This document shows, piece after piece, positions 13,795 to 25,865 of a DNA stretch of 64,000 nucleotides. A program made the translations under genes and the position numbers. Below the pieces are notes generated by a model. The model was not told where the DNA came from. It searched no databases and saw only the letters and a program-made list of their open reading frames with translations. The DNA comes from Octopus bimaculoides (lineage: Eukaryota): NCBI RefSeq assembly GCF_001194135.2, contig NC_068991.1:47138774-47202773 (forward strand). The letters run 5' to 3'. Position 1 is the first letter of the stretch. The number at the start of each line of letters is the position of its first letter.

Positions 13795-14489
13795 ACTAAG
13801 ACTTGGCTATTGAGTTAGGTATCTTAGCCAGATGTTGTTCAGACCTCAATCATCTCTGATCATGCAGACCCCATGATCAAAGGAATCTCAAACAGTCATG
13901 ACCATCCCATTTTCTGTATATTTATGACTGCATGGCCAATGTGTCCTGCTTTTTTTTTTAAGATGGCAGATTGTGAATGCAAAGTTTTGATTGTTATTTC
14001 TAACATGTCAAGTAACCTTTTTAATTCAATATTACAGTGACCATCGTTGCTGCTGTTGTTTGCTTGTTTGTTAGCCACATTTCAGCTCTGATCAAGCAGA
14101 TTTATGATCAAAGACATTCCAATTGTGACAACCTCTTCTTTTTATTATGTGCAAGGAACCCTGGACCACATTACTACTGTCTTTTCTAAGACTGTAATAT
14201 GAGATCTGAAGGAAATTTGGTTGCTATTTCTAGCATGCCAAATGACAACATAGAGGCTTTTTCATTGGCTCAATTTTATCCTGGTAATCTGTGCTAAAAT
14301 GTTGTTATTGCTTCCAAGCTGTTAGGAATCAATAGTTTATGTTTAAACCCAAAGATTTGTGCCAATGTTGGAAACAATTTAGGGAGTCGAATATCAGCTT
14401 AGGAGAGTGCCAGTAGGTATTTAGTTATGTTTGCAAATTCTAAATGTTGTAGGGTCAAGTAATATGGGCCAATTTCCTAATTTACAAAT

Positions 14490-15110
14490 AATTACTGCAT
14501 GCTAGGGCAGAACTGGTAAAGTGTTGAACAAAATACTTTAAAAAAAATTTTTTCCAATCTTAACATTATGAGTTCAATTCTTGCCGATGTCAACTTTGCT
14601 TTTCACCCTTCTGTGGAGGTCGATAAAATGAAGCACCAGTCAAGTACTTGGGTCAATGTAATCAACTAAATTCCCTTCCCTCATAATTGCTGGCCTTGTG
14701 CCTAAATTAGAAATTATTATTATTAAGGCAGTGAGCTGGCAGAATCATTAGCATGTTGGGCAAAATGCTAAGTAGCATTTCTTCTGTCTTTACATTCTGA
14801 GTTCAAATTCCATCGAGGTCAACATTGCCTTTCATCCTTTCAGAGTCAATAAAATAAGGACCTGTTGAACACTGAGGTCAATGTAATCGATTTAGCCACT
14901 GCCCCAAACCTGCTGGTCTTGTGCCAAAATTTGAAAACAATCTTATTATCATTATTATTATTATTATAGTATTCAAATCCCACCGAGGTCAACTTTGCAT
15001 TTCATCCTTTCAGGGTCGATAAAATAAAGTGCTAGTCAATAACCAATTTAATCAACTTGCCCCCTCCCTTCAAAATTGCTGACTTTGTGCCAAAATTTGA
15101 AACAATTATA
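14490..15110 (+). mobile_element. Tandem cluster of 3 SINE family H copies separated by (TTA)n
   Basis: Repeated 'gagttcaaattcc..gaggtcaactttgcctttcatcctttcagggtcgataaaat' units; head ggcagtgagctggcagaatcattagc at ~14727. Confidence 0.8.
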
Positions 15111-15519
15111 ATTATGGTGAGGGCTGGAAAGTTGAGAAAAAGGAAGCTCAGGCAATACACATTAAGGGTGACTAGTTTAATATCTGATTGTCTCCAGTTC
15201 AAATTCCATCAGGACTAAAACAGATTCTTGGGCGATTCCAATGATAAAAACTCCTTCCCTACAAATGTGCAACCCTGTGCCAATGTAAAAACAAAAAAAA
15301 ATTATAATAATAATAATAATCACCATTACTGTTATTATCGTTGCATATATAATGTATAAATTAGTCGATGATTGATGTATAGGAGGATTCTGCTGACAGG
15401 CAAAAGCAGTCTTTCGGTAGAAGAGGAGGGCCAGCTGCTAAATCAGCAGGACATAATCCCACAAGACAGGAGATTTCTGAACACAATACTGACGATGGAA
15501 ATTCAAGTCTAGAAAGAGA

Positions 15520-16600
15520 GATAGATAGATAGTTGGAAAGAAAGAGAGAGAGAGAGAGAGAGAGATAGACAGGAAGGCATACAAACAGACAGACTGATAA
15601 ACAGCCAAGGTAGGTAGTTAGAGACAGATTGATAAACAGACAGACAGGCAGATATGGTAAAGGTGTCCTGCATATTAAATTCAAATATGGTAGGGTTTCA
15701 AATATGGTAGGGTTTCAAATATGGTAGGGTTTGGTTATTCATGCAATAAGTAGATAAAAAATCTCCCCCTTGTTAAGGGAGCAAGAGGAATAACTCTAGG
15801 ATGATTAGACAATTGAAATTTGGAGGGAAATATAGACAATACAGATGGTTGTAGATCCTTGGGTAGACAGACAGACAGACATGGCAAATAAACATGTAGA
15901 CATGCAAACAAAACAGACAAGCAGGCAGACAACATATTGGATAAACTGACAAGTAAACAGACAGGCAAATAGACAGACAGAGCAGAGACAGACAGACAAA
16001 CTAGCAGACAGGCAAACAGACAGACAGACAGAGATAGACAGTTAGATGAGCAGAAAGAGAGGGTGTAAGAGAGAAAGGGTGAGAGGAGAGAGAGACAGAC
16101 AGGCAGGCAGACAGACAGGCAGACAGACAGACAAGCAAACAGAGAGACAGAGTGACAGACAAGAAGAGGGAGAAAAACAGACAGACAGAGACAGATAGAC
16201 AGACCATCAGAGAGACAGACAGACAGACATGCAAACAAATAGTCTGACATACAGACAAGCAGAAACAGAGTGAAATATAAATAAAACCAGTACAATATGT
16301 AATATTGATAAACACAGGTGAAAGAAGAAAGGGGAAAATATGGATGGGTAGATGGATGGATGGGTGGACAGAGGAGAGGTGGATAGGTGGATACAAATGC
16401 TTAGGAACAAATATTTCCATTTATTGAGACACAACAGGAGTATGGAAAGTAAAGGGAAGCAGTGATAGCGAGAGCTATGAAATTGTATGCATGTAAAAGA
16501 GAGAGGGGGAGAGGGACACAGATAGAGAGAGAGAGAGTGTGTGTGTGTGTCTGTGTGTGTGAGAGAGAGAAAGAGAGAGAGTGTGTGAGAGACAGAGAGT
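15520..16600. repeat. Long degenerate (GACA)n/(GA)n/(GGAT)n/(GT)n microsatellite field, including 3 x 17-bp ttcaaatatggtagggt at 15680-15730
   Basis: Directly visible. Confidence 0.9.
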
Positions 16601-16829
16601 TGTAATAATGTTGGTAAAATAGTAAAAGGAAAAGAAAAAAAATAAATAAATAAATAAATAAAGGAGGAGTTACAATGGAAATAACCATATTAGTTAAAGT
16701 GGAATAATCAATAATGCTCAAGTATGAAATGTTCTACTTGTATCGAAGAGTCATTTTAGCTAAGAACATACAAACTTTCTACCTATTTCTTAATAGTACT
16801 CTCTTCTATTAAGTGTTATAAAGTATCGT

Positions 16830-17100
16830 TGCTCTTCTGCAACCTAATCACTGACTGACATAAAGTCACTTATAGACACACACCAGTCTCTTTGACCAAC
16901 AGGTGCACTGACCCCTCTCAGAGCTGACTAGATTCACGCCACCTCCATTCAGACATTCCTATGCCACTTGCCTCTCCTCATCTCATAACCCTTATTATGT
17001 CCACACCACCAAGCCCCACACTAATCACTACATCCAGTTCTTCCTTCCAAGAAATGCCAGCCCTCTGGAATTTTCTCTCTGCTCATATCTTTCTTGCAAG
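16830..17100 (+). mobile_element. CR1-group LINE 3' ORF2 remnant
   Basis: Translates SELTRFTPPPFRHSYATCLSSSHNPYYVHTTKPHTNHYIQFFLPR, then shifts frame to ALWNFL, matching the recalled CR1/L2 C-terminal pattern R/H-T-x-x-Y-x-x-S-F-F-P-R...LWNxLP. Confidence 0.7.
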
Positions 17101-17157
17101 TGTTAACACAGAAAGGGTTCAAGAGAACATTAATGGCATCAATGTCATATCACTAGT

Positions 17158-17372
17158 AAGGCAGTGAGCTAGCAGGATCATTAGCATGTCAGGCAAAATG
17201 CTTAGTCGCATTTCATCCATCTTTACATTCTGACTTCAAATTCCACCAGAGTCGACTTTACCTTTCATCCTTTCAGGGTTGATAAAAATAAGTACCAGTG
17301 AAACACTGGGGTTGATGTAATCAACTTATCTCCCTTGAAATTGCTGGCCTCATGCCAAAATTTGAAAGCAAT
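17158..17372 (+). mobile_element. SINE family H
   Basis: Homologous to the units at 14727 and 52154. Confidence 0.8.
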
Positions 17373-19564
17373 ATCATATCACTAGTCTATGAGGGCCTAC
17401 CAAAGTCCATGACACTGCTCTGCCTCCAGACCCGAAGTAGACAGTACTATCGAATGTCACAGTTCATGTGTTGTCTTAAATGGTTAACATTAAATGACTT
17501 CCACAATGTAATAGCATCAGTCTCAATTATATGATGGCTTCAGATCAAGTTACTTGGCAATCAGGTACAACTCAGCAGTGAAATATAAAGCCTACATATC
17601 AATTAATCTTGAAAATAATCAAGAAATTTTAGTAAAATAATTTCTCTTTAATTGGTTTTTGTTTTTGCTGTTTAGCCTTAGGTCAGTCCTGATTTGACCG
17701 ATCTATGATCTAAGGTCTTTAACCTATGACCATCCTATCTATTTCCCCCCCCCCCAATGTAGAGTGCATTAATGTCTCTTTCACCTTTTAAGATAGTACA
17801 GTGTGATTTGAGAGAAGTGTTTGGTTGCTATCTCTAACAGATGGAGCAACTAAATAGAGGACTCAATCATTGATATGTCGATTAATAGGTATATTCGACT
17901 GGTATTTAGAACACAAAACTTCACAAAAAATTAAAGTATTGAGATAAAAGTGTGATGGAAGATTTTAATTAAAATAGTATTGTATCATAGAACTACAGGA
18001 GATACCAAACAAGTTGATATAATATGAGGTTAGCTGTTAACTAACTTCACAGTGCTTCTGTCTTTATCTTTAACATTACACAGCATTACAGTGAGAGATC
18101 ACAACTGAGAAATGAATTAGGAAGTTGGCTGAGAAATAGAGGTTTGTTTAAGGCAATAAGCACAGGATCAGCAGAGCTGAGAGGATATTGGACAAGAAGT
18201 TAGCATTTTTGTGTCATGGCATTATGTCACCACAAGTAAGTATGCTGCACTGTGTTGCGTGCATGGTCAAGACATTTGACTCTTCAAAACAGGATTTAGC
18301 GAGCTCTATGTCAGTATCACGGTGAGTGTAGTTCACTGTCGCTTTTTCACTTTAAGTACATGAATTCAGTTCCTTTTATGGAAAAAGCTACCGATCATAA
18401 ACTAGCATCCTGTGCAAAAAGTCATTTGTTTCACATTTACTTAGTGTTACAAAATCCAAAATTCAGGGACTGACTCAATGCTTATTGGAAAGTAAAATAA
18501 ATGGAGAAAGAGTGTGATTTGGTTGTCAGTGAGATGTTTTGCAGTAAAGGCTGCCAGTAGACACGGCGAGTTGAATATTGGTTTATTGATGATCTACAAA
18601 GACCATCAATGGAATGGACAGTACAAAATGATCAAAACATGTAAGACAAAGCATGGAATGGTGAGTGGAGTGGATGCAAATGGCAGGCAGGACTGCAAAT
18701 GAAACAGTAGTTCAAATGATCTGTAGACCAGTCAATGAAAGTAACTGCTCAATTATCATTAGGTATAGTCTGCTCTCAGAAAGTTGGACACCATAGATTA
18801 ACATTTATATTTTCAATCTGTCCAATTCTCCATATTATCTAGTTAAAGTGAAATAATCAATAATACTCAAGTATGAAATATTCTACTCCTGGAAGAGTCA
18901 TTTTAGTTATATAAGGCTTGATTTTCCATTTCCACTCTTATCTATTTTGTCTTCAGTTAACATTCTTTTGCACCTTAAAGGAGGAGGAAGGTCATAAATC
19001 TCAATGGGTACAGTATTCCAATGAAGTGCAGTGACCTCAGGTATTATTAGTTTTGAAAAGAAATAATGATGGAACAGTGCTATAGAAAGAAATCCAATAA
19101 TTATCAGGATATGTGATGTGTCCCTTGTTGTGCCCAATGTAAGTTGACAGAAGGAGAAGCAGGAAAAGTGGGAAGAAGAGGGAGTCAGAACAACGAAAAA
19201 GACATCAACCTGCAAAGATTTTGCATAAATTAAGAGAATGAATACATGAGAAGTAGATACATGAATACATGGGAATATACAATACAACAACAACAAAAAC
19301 TGTTTTACAAAAATTAAACTGAAAAAAATGGTAAATAAATAAAACAGCATTAAGAGATAACAAATCCAAAAGGTAAAAAGATGAGAGAGAAACAAACAAA
19401 AGAGTGCAAGGCAAGGAACTATGGCAGAGTGAAAGCAACCAAAAATCAGAAACAAAGAAATTTAGAAATATCCAATACTTACATGAATACATATGAACAA
19501 CAACATTAACAACAAAAACTGGATCAATTTTACTAAGAAACTATTTGTTGTATTGGAAGATTTA

Positions 19565-19606
<42 letters not shown>

Positions 19607-20573
19607 TTATCTTTTAAACGTAGCATAGAAATTCAAAAGGACCATTATTCAATTTTGGTTTCTATGCTTGAAATGAATGAAAAGAAAATCATTTGATGAT
19701 GATGATGATGATGATGCAGTTTGGTTTAAGTGTACCAATGTAGGTCCCAGCTTTTACAACAGGTGTAAATATATATCTACACATCATATGAGGTGACTAA
19801 AAGAGCCTGGCATCAGGAAAGGTATCCAGTTATAAGCCACTGTTTCAAAATGTCCCATTTAACTCATGCTGACATGAAAAAGCAGAAGTTATCATCATAC
19901 TGGTGATGATGATGATCATAACAACGACAACAACAATGACAATGACGACAATTATGAAGGTTGTTTTGTTTAAGTGTCTTGATGATAGAAACTCACCTGG
20001 GAACCATCTCAGGCCTCATCTCACAAAACCTCACATGTTAAAAGTGCATATAAAAACTAACCACCAAAATTTCATGTAAAAACTTTTTTAAAGTTGTGTT
20101 CCAAACATCAGATTAAAATATACTAATTAATGAAAATGTTAGTTTACTAATTCCTTCAAAAATTCTCAGTTATTTCCAAGAAGAATTCAAACAGAGAGGT
20201 GTGCATTTTGTTAAAAATATTGTTGCAAAAATTCATTAAATGTTTGGCTTCTCCGAGATTTGAATTTAGAATGGAGGACTAAACAACATATCCAAAATCA
20301 TTACTCTACCTACCAAAGATCAAAAGCACTCTCTACTCTCATAGATCTCTATTGAAATGAAATCATAGGATTTTACTCCCAAACACCTTTTGAGAACAAT
20401 TGTCATTCATGCTAATGAATTTTTTCATTACAGTTATATTTTGAATTGACTCAACTATGTTCTTTATGCAGAAGGTACCCTTAAGAAAATCTTTCAATAA
20501 CACAATAGTTATTACAGAGATGTACTTGCATAGCAAGTGACCTGATCTGAGATCGTGTGCTGGAACAAAAACA

Positions 20574-20849
20574 ATTGCAGTGTGGAAGGTGTTTATAAGC
20601 CATTTAAAATAACACACAAAAACCGTTAGATTCACTTCAACATTTAAATTTAATTTGTCAAAATATTTTCATCACTTTGAGACCGCGAACTGTTCACTGA
20701 CAAAATTCAGCACAGAATTTTGTCAGTGAACAGGTCGCGGTCTCAAAGCTATGAAAATATTTTGACAAATTAAATTCAAATGTTGAAATGAATCTAACGG
20801 TTTTTGTGTGTTATTTTAAATGGCTTATAAACACCTTCCACGCTACAAT
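20574..20849. repeat. 276-bp inverted repeat (135-bp arms, 6-nt loop); probable inverted Penelope-like element termini
   Basis: Arms 20574-20708 and 20715-20849 are reverse complements with 7 mismatches by manual count; loop agcaca. The Penelope assignment is inference from the embedded hammerhead-like motif. Confidence 0.95.
20721..20767 (+). ncRNA. Candidate variant minimal hammerhead ribozyme (G3/C8 core); mirror copy at 20656-20702 on the minus strand
   Basis: tgtca-GTGAACA-g-gtcgc(ggtctcaaa)gctat-GAAA-atat-TT-tgaca. Stem I extends to 7 bp (tttgtca/tgacaaa). Stem II carries one mismatch in each copy. Confidence 0.5.
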
Positions 20850-20949
20850 AGTTATTTTATTTCACAAAGGACAAGCCAATATGCTTGTAGGGAAAGAGAG
20901 TAATAGGAGTATTGTTGACTGAAATAACTTTAGCTCTTTAACATTTAAG

Positions 20950-21200
20950 CCTAGTGGTTAGGCTATTGCACTCATAACCACTAGATCGTGGGTTCAATTC
21001 TCAGACTGAGCGGCATGTGTTCTTGAGCAAAACACTTCATTTCACGTTGCTCCAGTCTCCCTTTCAAACAAGGGGAAATGTTGGCCTGCTTGCCTAGCCA
21101 GCAGGGTGGCATCATTTGAAGGCTGAAACAATGCAAAAATGCATTGTGACCAGTGATGTGTAACAACATCTGATAGCCTGGTCAGTCACATGACCACATG
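20950..21200 (+). mobile_element. SINE head A with tail 5
   Basis: Head and central domain (gggttcaattc, ttgagcaaaacacttcatttcacgttgctccagtc) followed by an unrelated 3' sequence. Confidence 0.7.
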
Positions 21201-21374
21201 ATATCAAGTCAAAATACTGTACCTGTTTTATGTTGAAACTGGCTACACATAACCTCATACACCTATTCTCCTGTCATTGTAAAAATAAACAGTTACATCA
21301 ATGAAATCTTGAAACTACAAGACGATGCATGCTTAATTCAAAACAATATGAGTAAATATGCATTACATTTGACG

Positions 21375-21542
21375 CTGATCATGAAACACTGTCTTCGATG
21401 GTCAGGACATGTAGCAACAATAAAAGAGTCAAGGTTCCCACATCAAGTCTTATTTAGTGAGCTCACTTCAGGAAAAAGACCAAAGGGTTGCCCTCTTCAA
21501 ACATACAAAGACCAACTCAAAGCAACACTGAAAAACCACTGA
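21375..21542 (+). mobile_element. RTE-clade LINE 3' ORF remnant
   Basis: LRWSGHVATIKESRFPHQVLFSELTSGKRPKGCPLQTYKDQLKATLK matches the RTE/BovB C-terminal pattern LRWxGHV...LFxELxxGKR...YKD. Confidence 0.85.
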
Positions 21543-21689
21543 TGGACTCTTCCGTCGAAGACGACGTATGGGTGTCCAGCTTTTGCCGAACGACCTGCAC
21601 AAATGATTTGTTTGTAGTGATCAAATGTATGTGCTGTACATTAGCTCACACTCCCTCTATCAAATCAGGTACATGGAGTGCCATGTGTC

Positions 21690-21712
21690 AAAATAATAAT
21701 AATAATAATAAC

Positions 21713-21758
<46 letters not shown>

Positions 21759-22228
21759 TGCAATAATGATAATAAAAATAATAATAATAATAATATGCAA
21801 TAATGATAACAAAATAATAATAATAATAATATGTAATAATGATAACAAAATAATATCCAATAATAAAATAATAATAATCATTAATAATAATACAATAATA
21901 ATATTCAAGAAAAATAATAAAATAACAATATCTAATAATAATAATACCAATAACAACAATAATGATAATAATAATAATAATAATACCAATAATAATAAAA
22001 TTAATAATAATAATACCAATAATAATAATAATAATAATAATAATACCAATAATAATAATACCAATAATAATAATAATACCAATGATAATAATAATAATAA
22101 TAATAATAACACCAATAATAATAATAATAATAAAATAACAGTATCCAAAAATAAGAAATAATAATAATAATAATAATAAAATAATAATAATAATAACAAT
22201 ATCCAATAATGATAATTATTATGATAAT
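21690..22228. repeat. (AAT)n microsatellite with accaat interruptions
   Basis: Directly visible; source of the poly-N/I/L ORFs. Confidence 0.95.
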
Positions 22229-22618
22229 AAAGTCTCCAAAGTGTGGTATCTAAGAACAACAGCTGTACTGTAATCATCAGAGCTTTGGGGATGGTATCAA
22301 ATGGTGCCCTTAAACTCAATGGCCAAATATCAGGAAACCCAAAAGTATCAGAACTACAAAAAAGTTTTTATTATGGGTATTGCCCACATCATAAGAAAAA
22401 CATTGTGAAACCTGAAAATACCAGATTCTCTTAAAAACTCCTTCAAAACTGAAATATCACAGATTTAACAGAAACTTAATTCTCAGATCCTGGTCTCCTT
22501 TCCCCCAACTATATATATTGTTACTGATCATAAATAACACCCATAGTAAAACATCTGTTACTTGAAGGTCTCTGGGTGGTGAGACTCTGAACAACTCACA
22601 TAAAACAAAGCAACATAA
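22229..22618 (+). mobile_element. R4/Dong-like (RLE-type) non-LTR retrotransposon 3' end with (TAA)n tail
   Basis: Frameshifted translation KVWYLRTT..IIRALGMVSNG..ISGNPKVSELQK...GIAHIIRKTL* (stop at 22406-22408), resembling the RLE C-terminus; flanked by TAA repeats on both sides. Confidence 0.7.
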
Positions 22619-22671
22619 ATAATAATAATAATAATAATAATTATAATAATAATAATAACAATAATAATAAG

Positions 22672-23004
22672 GGAGCATCATAGTCATGCGTTGAGAAGAA
22701 CTCTTTGGGGTTTGGATAATTCACCTTTGGAAACATGGGTATTTCGTTCGACATCCTCAAACAACCTTTATTCAAGGATCTTTTGAGCGGGATGGGCTAC
22801 TCAACCTGAAGAAAAATTCTAACTGGGCCCCACCTGCGAGGTCATGCGCTGTTTATCTTGATATGAGACCACTATGTCGCGCACATATGGTTGTGATGCA
22901 TGTGCCTGGTGTACCCTTATCAGACGGGTAGTCATGATGGGTATAATGGGCTTCGTATATTTTACCCCAAGGTCACTTTGATGGCATGCCCTGCTCTCTC
23001 ACTC
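22672..23004 (+). mobile_element. CpG-retaining interspersed element inserted in (TAA)n; probable retro-element 3' UTR or SINE
   Basis: Non-repetitive, GC-richer block bounded by (TAA)n on both sides; no ORF. Family assignment is inference. Confidence 0.5.
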
Positions 23005-23032
23005 AATAATAATAATAATAATAATAATAAAA

Positions 23033-23334
23033 CTGGAACTCCATCAGTTGATCCAATCAATGGAACAGCCTGCTCATGAAATTAACGTGCAAGTGGCTGA
23101 GCATTCTAGAGATATGCGTACGCTTAATGTAGATCTCAGGGGGATTCAACATGACACAGAATGTGACAAGTCCATCCTTCGAATTACAGGTACTACTCAT
23201 TTTTGCCATCTGAGTGGACTAGAGCAATGTAAAATAAAGTGTCTTGCTCAAGGACACATGTACTGCTGGTTTTCGAAGTCATGACCTTATGATCGTGAGC
23301 CAAATACCACAACCACTAAGCCACACAACTTCAC
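23033..23334 (-). mobile_element. SINE head A with tail 1, embedded in (TAA)n
   Basis: Homologous to 2531-2840. Confidence 0.8.
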
Positions 23335-23528
23335 AATAATAATAATAATAATAATAATTATACAAGTACAATAAACAACAACTATGTCAGTGAATACAAA
23401 ATAATAAAACAATGACTAAAATAAATATGAACAGAAAAAAGATAGCCTTTTACAAACGTTTATGAATGGAAACATGTGTAATAGTGTTAAATATCAACAT
23501 TGGTACAATAGAGATGCCTAGGAATTAA

Positions 23529-23819
23529 CCCATTACCTACAAGTGATCTCATATGAGATCACTTAAAAATTACAAATTTCCTAATTATCTGTCAATATTT
23601 ACACATATCTAACCTTTTTGCCATATCTACTAGGTATATTTCTCTGATATTCAAATGAGGTTTGCTAATTTTTTACCCAATATCTCGCTTATTTCTATTT
23701 AAAATGTTATTTTGAAATGTTATTTTGATCATTCCAGCGTGTTTCTAAGGCTGTTTTATGCTAGAAATCAAAGTTTCATAAAAAAAATTCCAGTTAATAG
23801 AATTATGGGAGATAATGGG
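23529..23819. mobile_element. piggyBac-type MITE family C, copy 2 (291 bp)
   Basis: TTAA at 23525-23528 and 23820-23823; about 12 substitutions and 1 indel versus copy 1 by manual count. Confidence 0.9.
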
Positions 23820-25599
23820 TTAAATCAAGTAAAAATATAATATAAAAACAAAAATGGCTAGGGTACCGAAGTCACAGTAGGTGTATTTGATCCCAATCAT
23901 TTAACACTTCTATTACTATATTTCCATTGAAATAAACACTGCCTTTGTTTCAAGCAGCATTGAAAACACAATGCCGAACCAAATATCCAGCAAGCTGGGA
24001 ACTGGAAGTAGCCCAGATTTTTGGATCTTCTGGTTTTTTGCAGATAACCTAAATTCATTTTGTCATTTACTTGTTTCAGCAAGTTGACTGTAGCCTTTTT
24101 AGGGTGCCACCTTGAAGGTCTTAGTCAAACAAATCAATTCCAGTACTTACATTTTTAAGCCTGGTATTTACTCTATGACTCCCTTTTGTCGAACTGCTAA
24201 GTTATGGGGACATAAACAAACCAACATCAATTGTCAAGTACATGTACAAAGACATGTAGGTGTATGTGTTTATATATGTATGTATGTATGTACAATGGGC
24301 TTCTTTCAGTTTATATCTACCAAATCCACTAACAAAGCTTTGAGCAGCCTGAAGCTAAAGTAGAAGATACTTGCACAAGGTGTCCACGCGGTAAGACTGA
24401 ACCTGGAGCTGTGTGATAGAGAAGCAAACTTCTTAGCACACATCCACCCCTATATATAGTTAAATTAGGAAATAAACTATGAAAAGTAAAGAATTAAATT
24501 ATATTTAACAGATTCAAATTCAAGGGTTGCTTGGTATTTATTACTACACATCAAATTCTTCATAATATATCATACTGTACCATATATATATATATATATA
24601 TATATATANNNNNNNNNNTGATTTTAACAGAAACAATTGCAAAATAATACGCTCTTAAGAATATGTTTAATCTTCATCAATCTACATAACGATGTAAAAA
24701 GAACATAACTATTCTTAACAGACAGTATATAAATTAATCCTCTTCAAAAAATGGGTCTGTTTAGTCAATACAGTGCACAATATGTATAGCATAGTATATA
24801 TGGCACAGTATTCCTGAGTTTCTGGAAACTAGATAAGGTCCATAATAGCATTAAAGAATTTGATAAAATAACTTTGTCCATTATTAAGCTGATATTTGGA
24901 GCATAAAATAACAAAACAAAATCTGATGGAATGTTTTAACTTAGGCCATCTTAAAACAGAAGTGTGCATCACAGAACCAGGAATGGTTTTTAGGCAAGTT
25001 GGTATTAGAATGGTTAAGAAATCAAAATTAGTAGTAATATGGTGGTTGTTGTTACTTTGTGCCAATGTAATAAACGCTCATAAACCATATAGTGTTGTGG
25101 TCAAGACGGTAAAATGCTGAGTTAGTTACATCATGTCATATTAAGTTCTAATCTTGTTGGGATTCAAATAATTCTAAATTCCAGAGTTAGATAAGTACTA
25201 ATAAGCTAAAAAAAAAAACAAAAAAACATTATGCTGATATTGCAAGTCAACAAAAAGTGATGCTCTATACAGTCAGTTGATCTGCTAGATATAGCAACAA
25301 AATCTCCCTTTTGATCACAGCTAAGAATAAGCAAACTGATAAAAGAAAAATCCGAAATGCACTTCTTCACAAGCTTCAATCTAGATTGTACAATTTATTA
25401 GCAATTTTGGTAATTTAGAAGTATGAGGTCAGATATACAGCTACTGAGGTCACTGTTACTGCTTAAACCATCAATAGTGTGCATGGGAGGGGTGTAATAT
25501 AATATTCACATGTAATAAATGAAATGATAATCCATACTTATATACAAATGATAAAAATGATGTAAATATTATACAGTCTCATCGATGTGAATAATATAA

Positions 25600-25865
25600 A
25601 GTAAACAATATTACATATTGTCACATGTAACAATCAAGATCTCAATGATATCCCATACTCTCACATATAATAAAGACCTCACCGATATCTTATAATCCCT
25701 CATATACGATAATAAAGATCTCAATGATATCCCCTGCTTTCAATGACATTCCATATTCTCACATGCAATGATAATGACTTCAATGATATACCATATTCTC
25801 AAACTAAAGACTTGAATGATATCCTATACTCTCACAAGCAATAATAAAACCCTCAATGATATCCT
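25600..25865. repeat. ~40-bp minisatellite (cccatactctcacatgcaataataaagacctcaatgatat)
   Basis: About 6 degenerate units sharing 'caatgatatc' and 'catattctcac'. Confidence 0.8.

Noticed and set aside
15361-15515. Non-repetitive GC-balanced island with open frames on both strands
   Set aside because: Strand and frame cannot be resolved, and no donor or homology supports it. It remains a weak exon candidate only.
18150-19145. Chain of plus-strand mini-exons (RISRAERILDKKLAFLCHG..., RKVINLNGYSIPMK..., ICDVSLVVPN)
   Set aside because: No recognisable protein, very short implied introns, and the neighbouring 18.5-18.7 kb looks like a decayed RTE 3' end. Chance open frames are expected at this length.
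21660-22319. Long ORFs (219, 172 and 131 aa) and similar long ORFs over the GA/GT/TA tracts and N-gaps
   Set aside because: They are translations of microsatellites or runs of X, not proteins.
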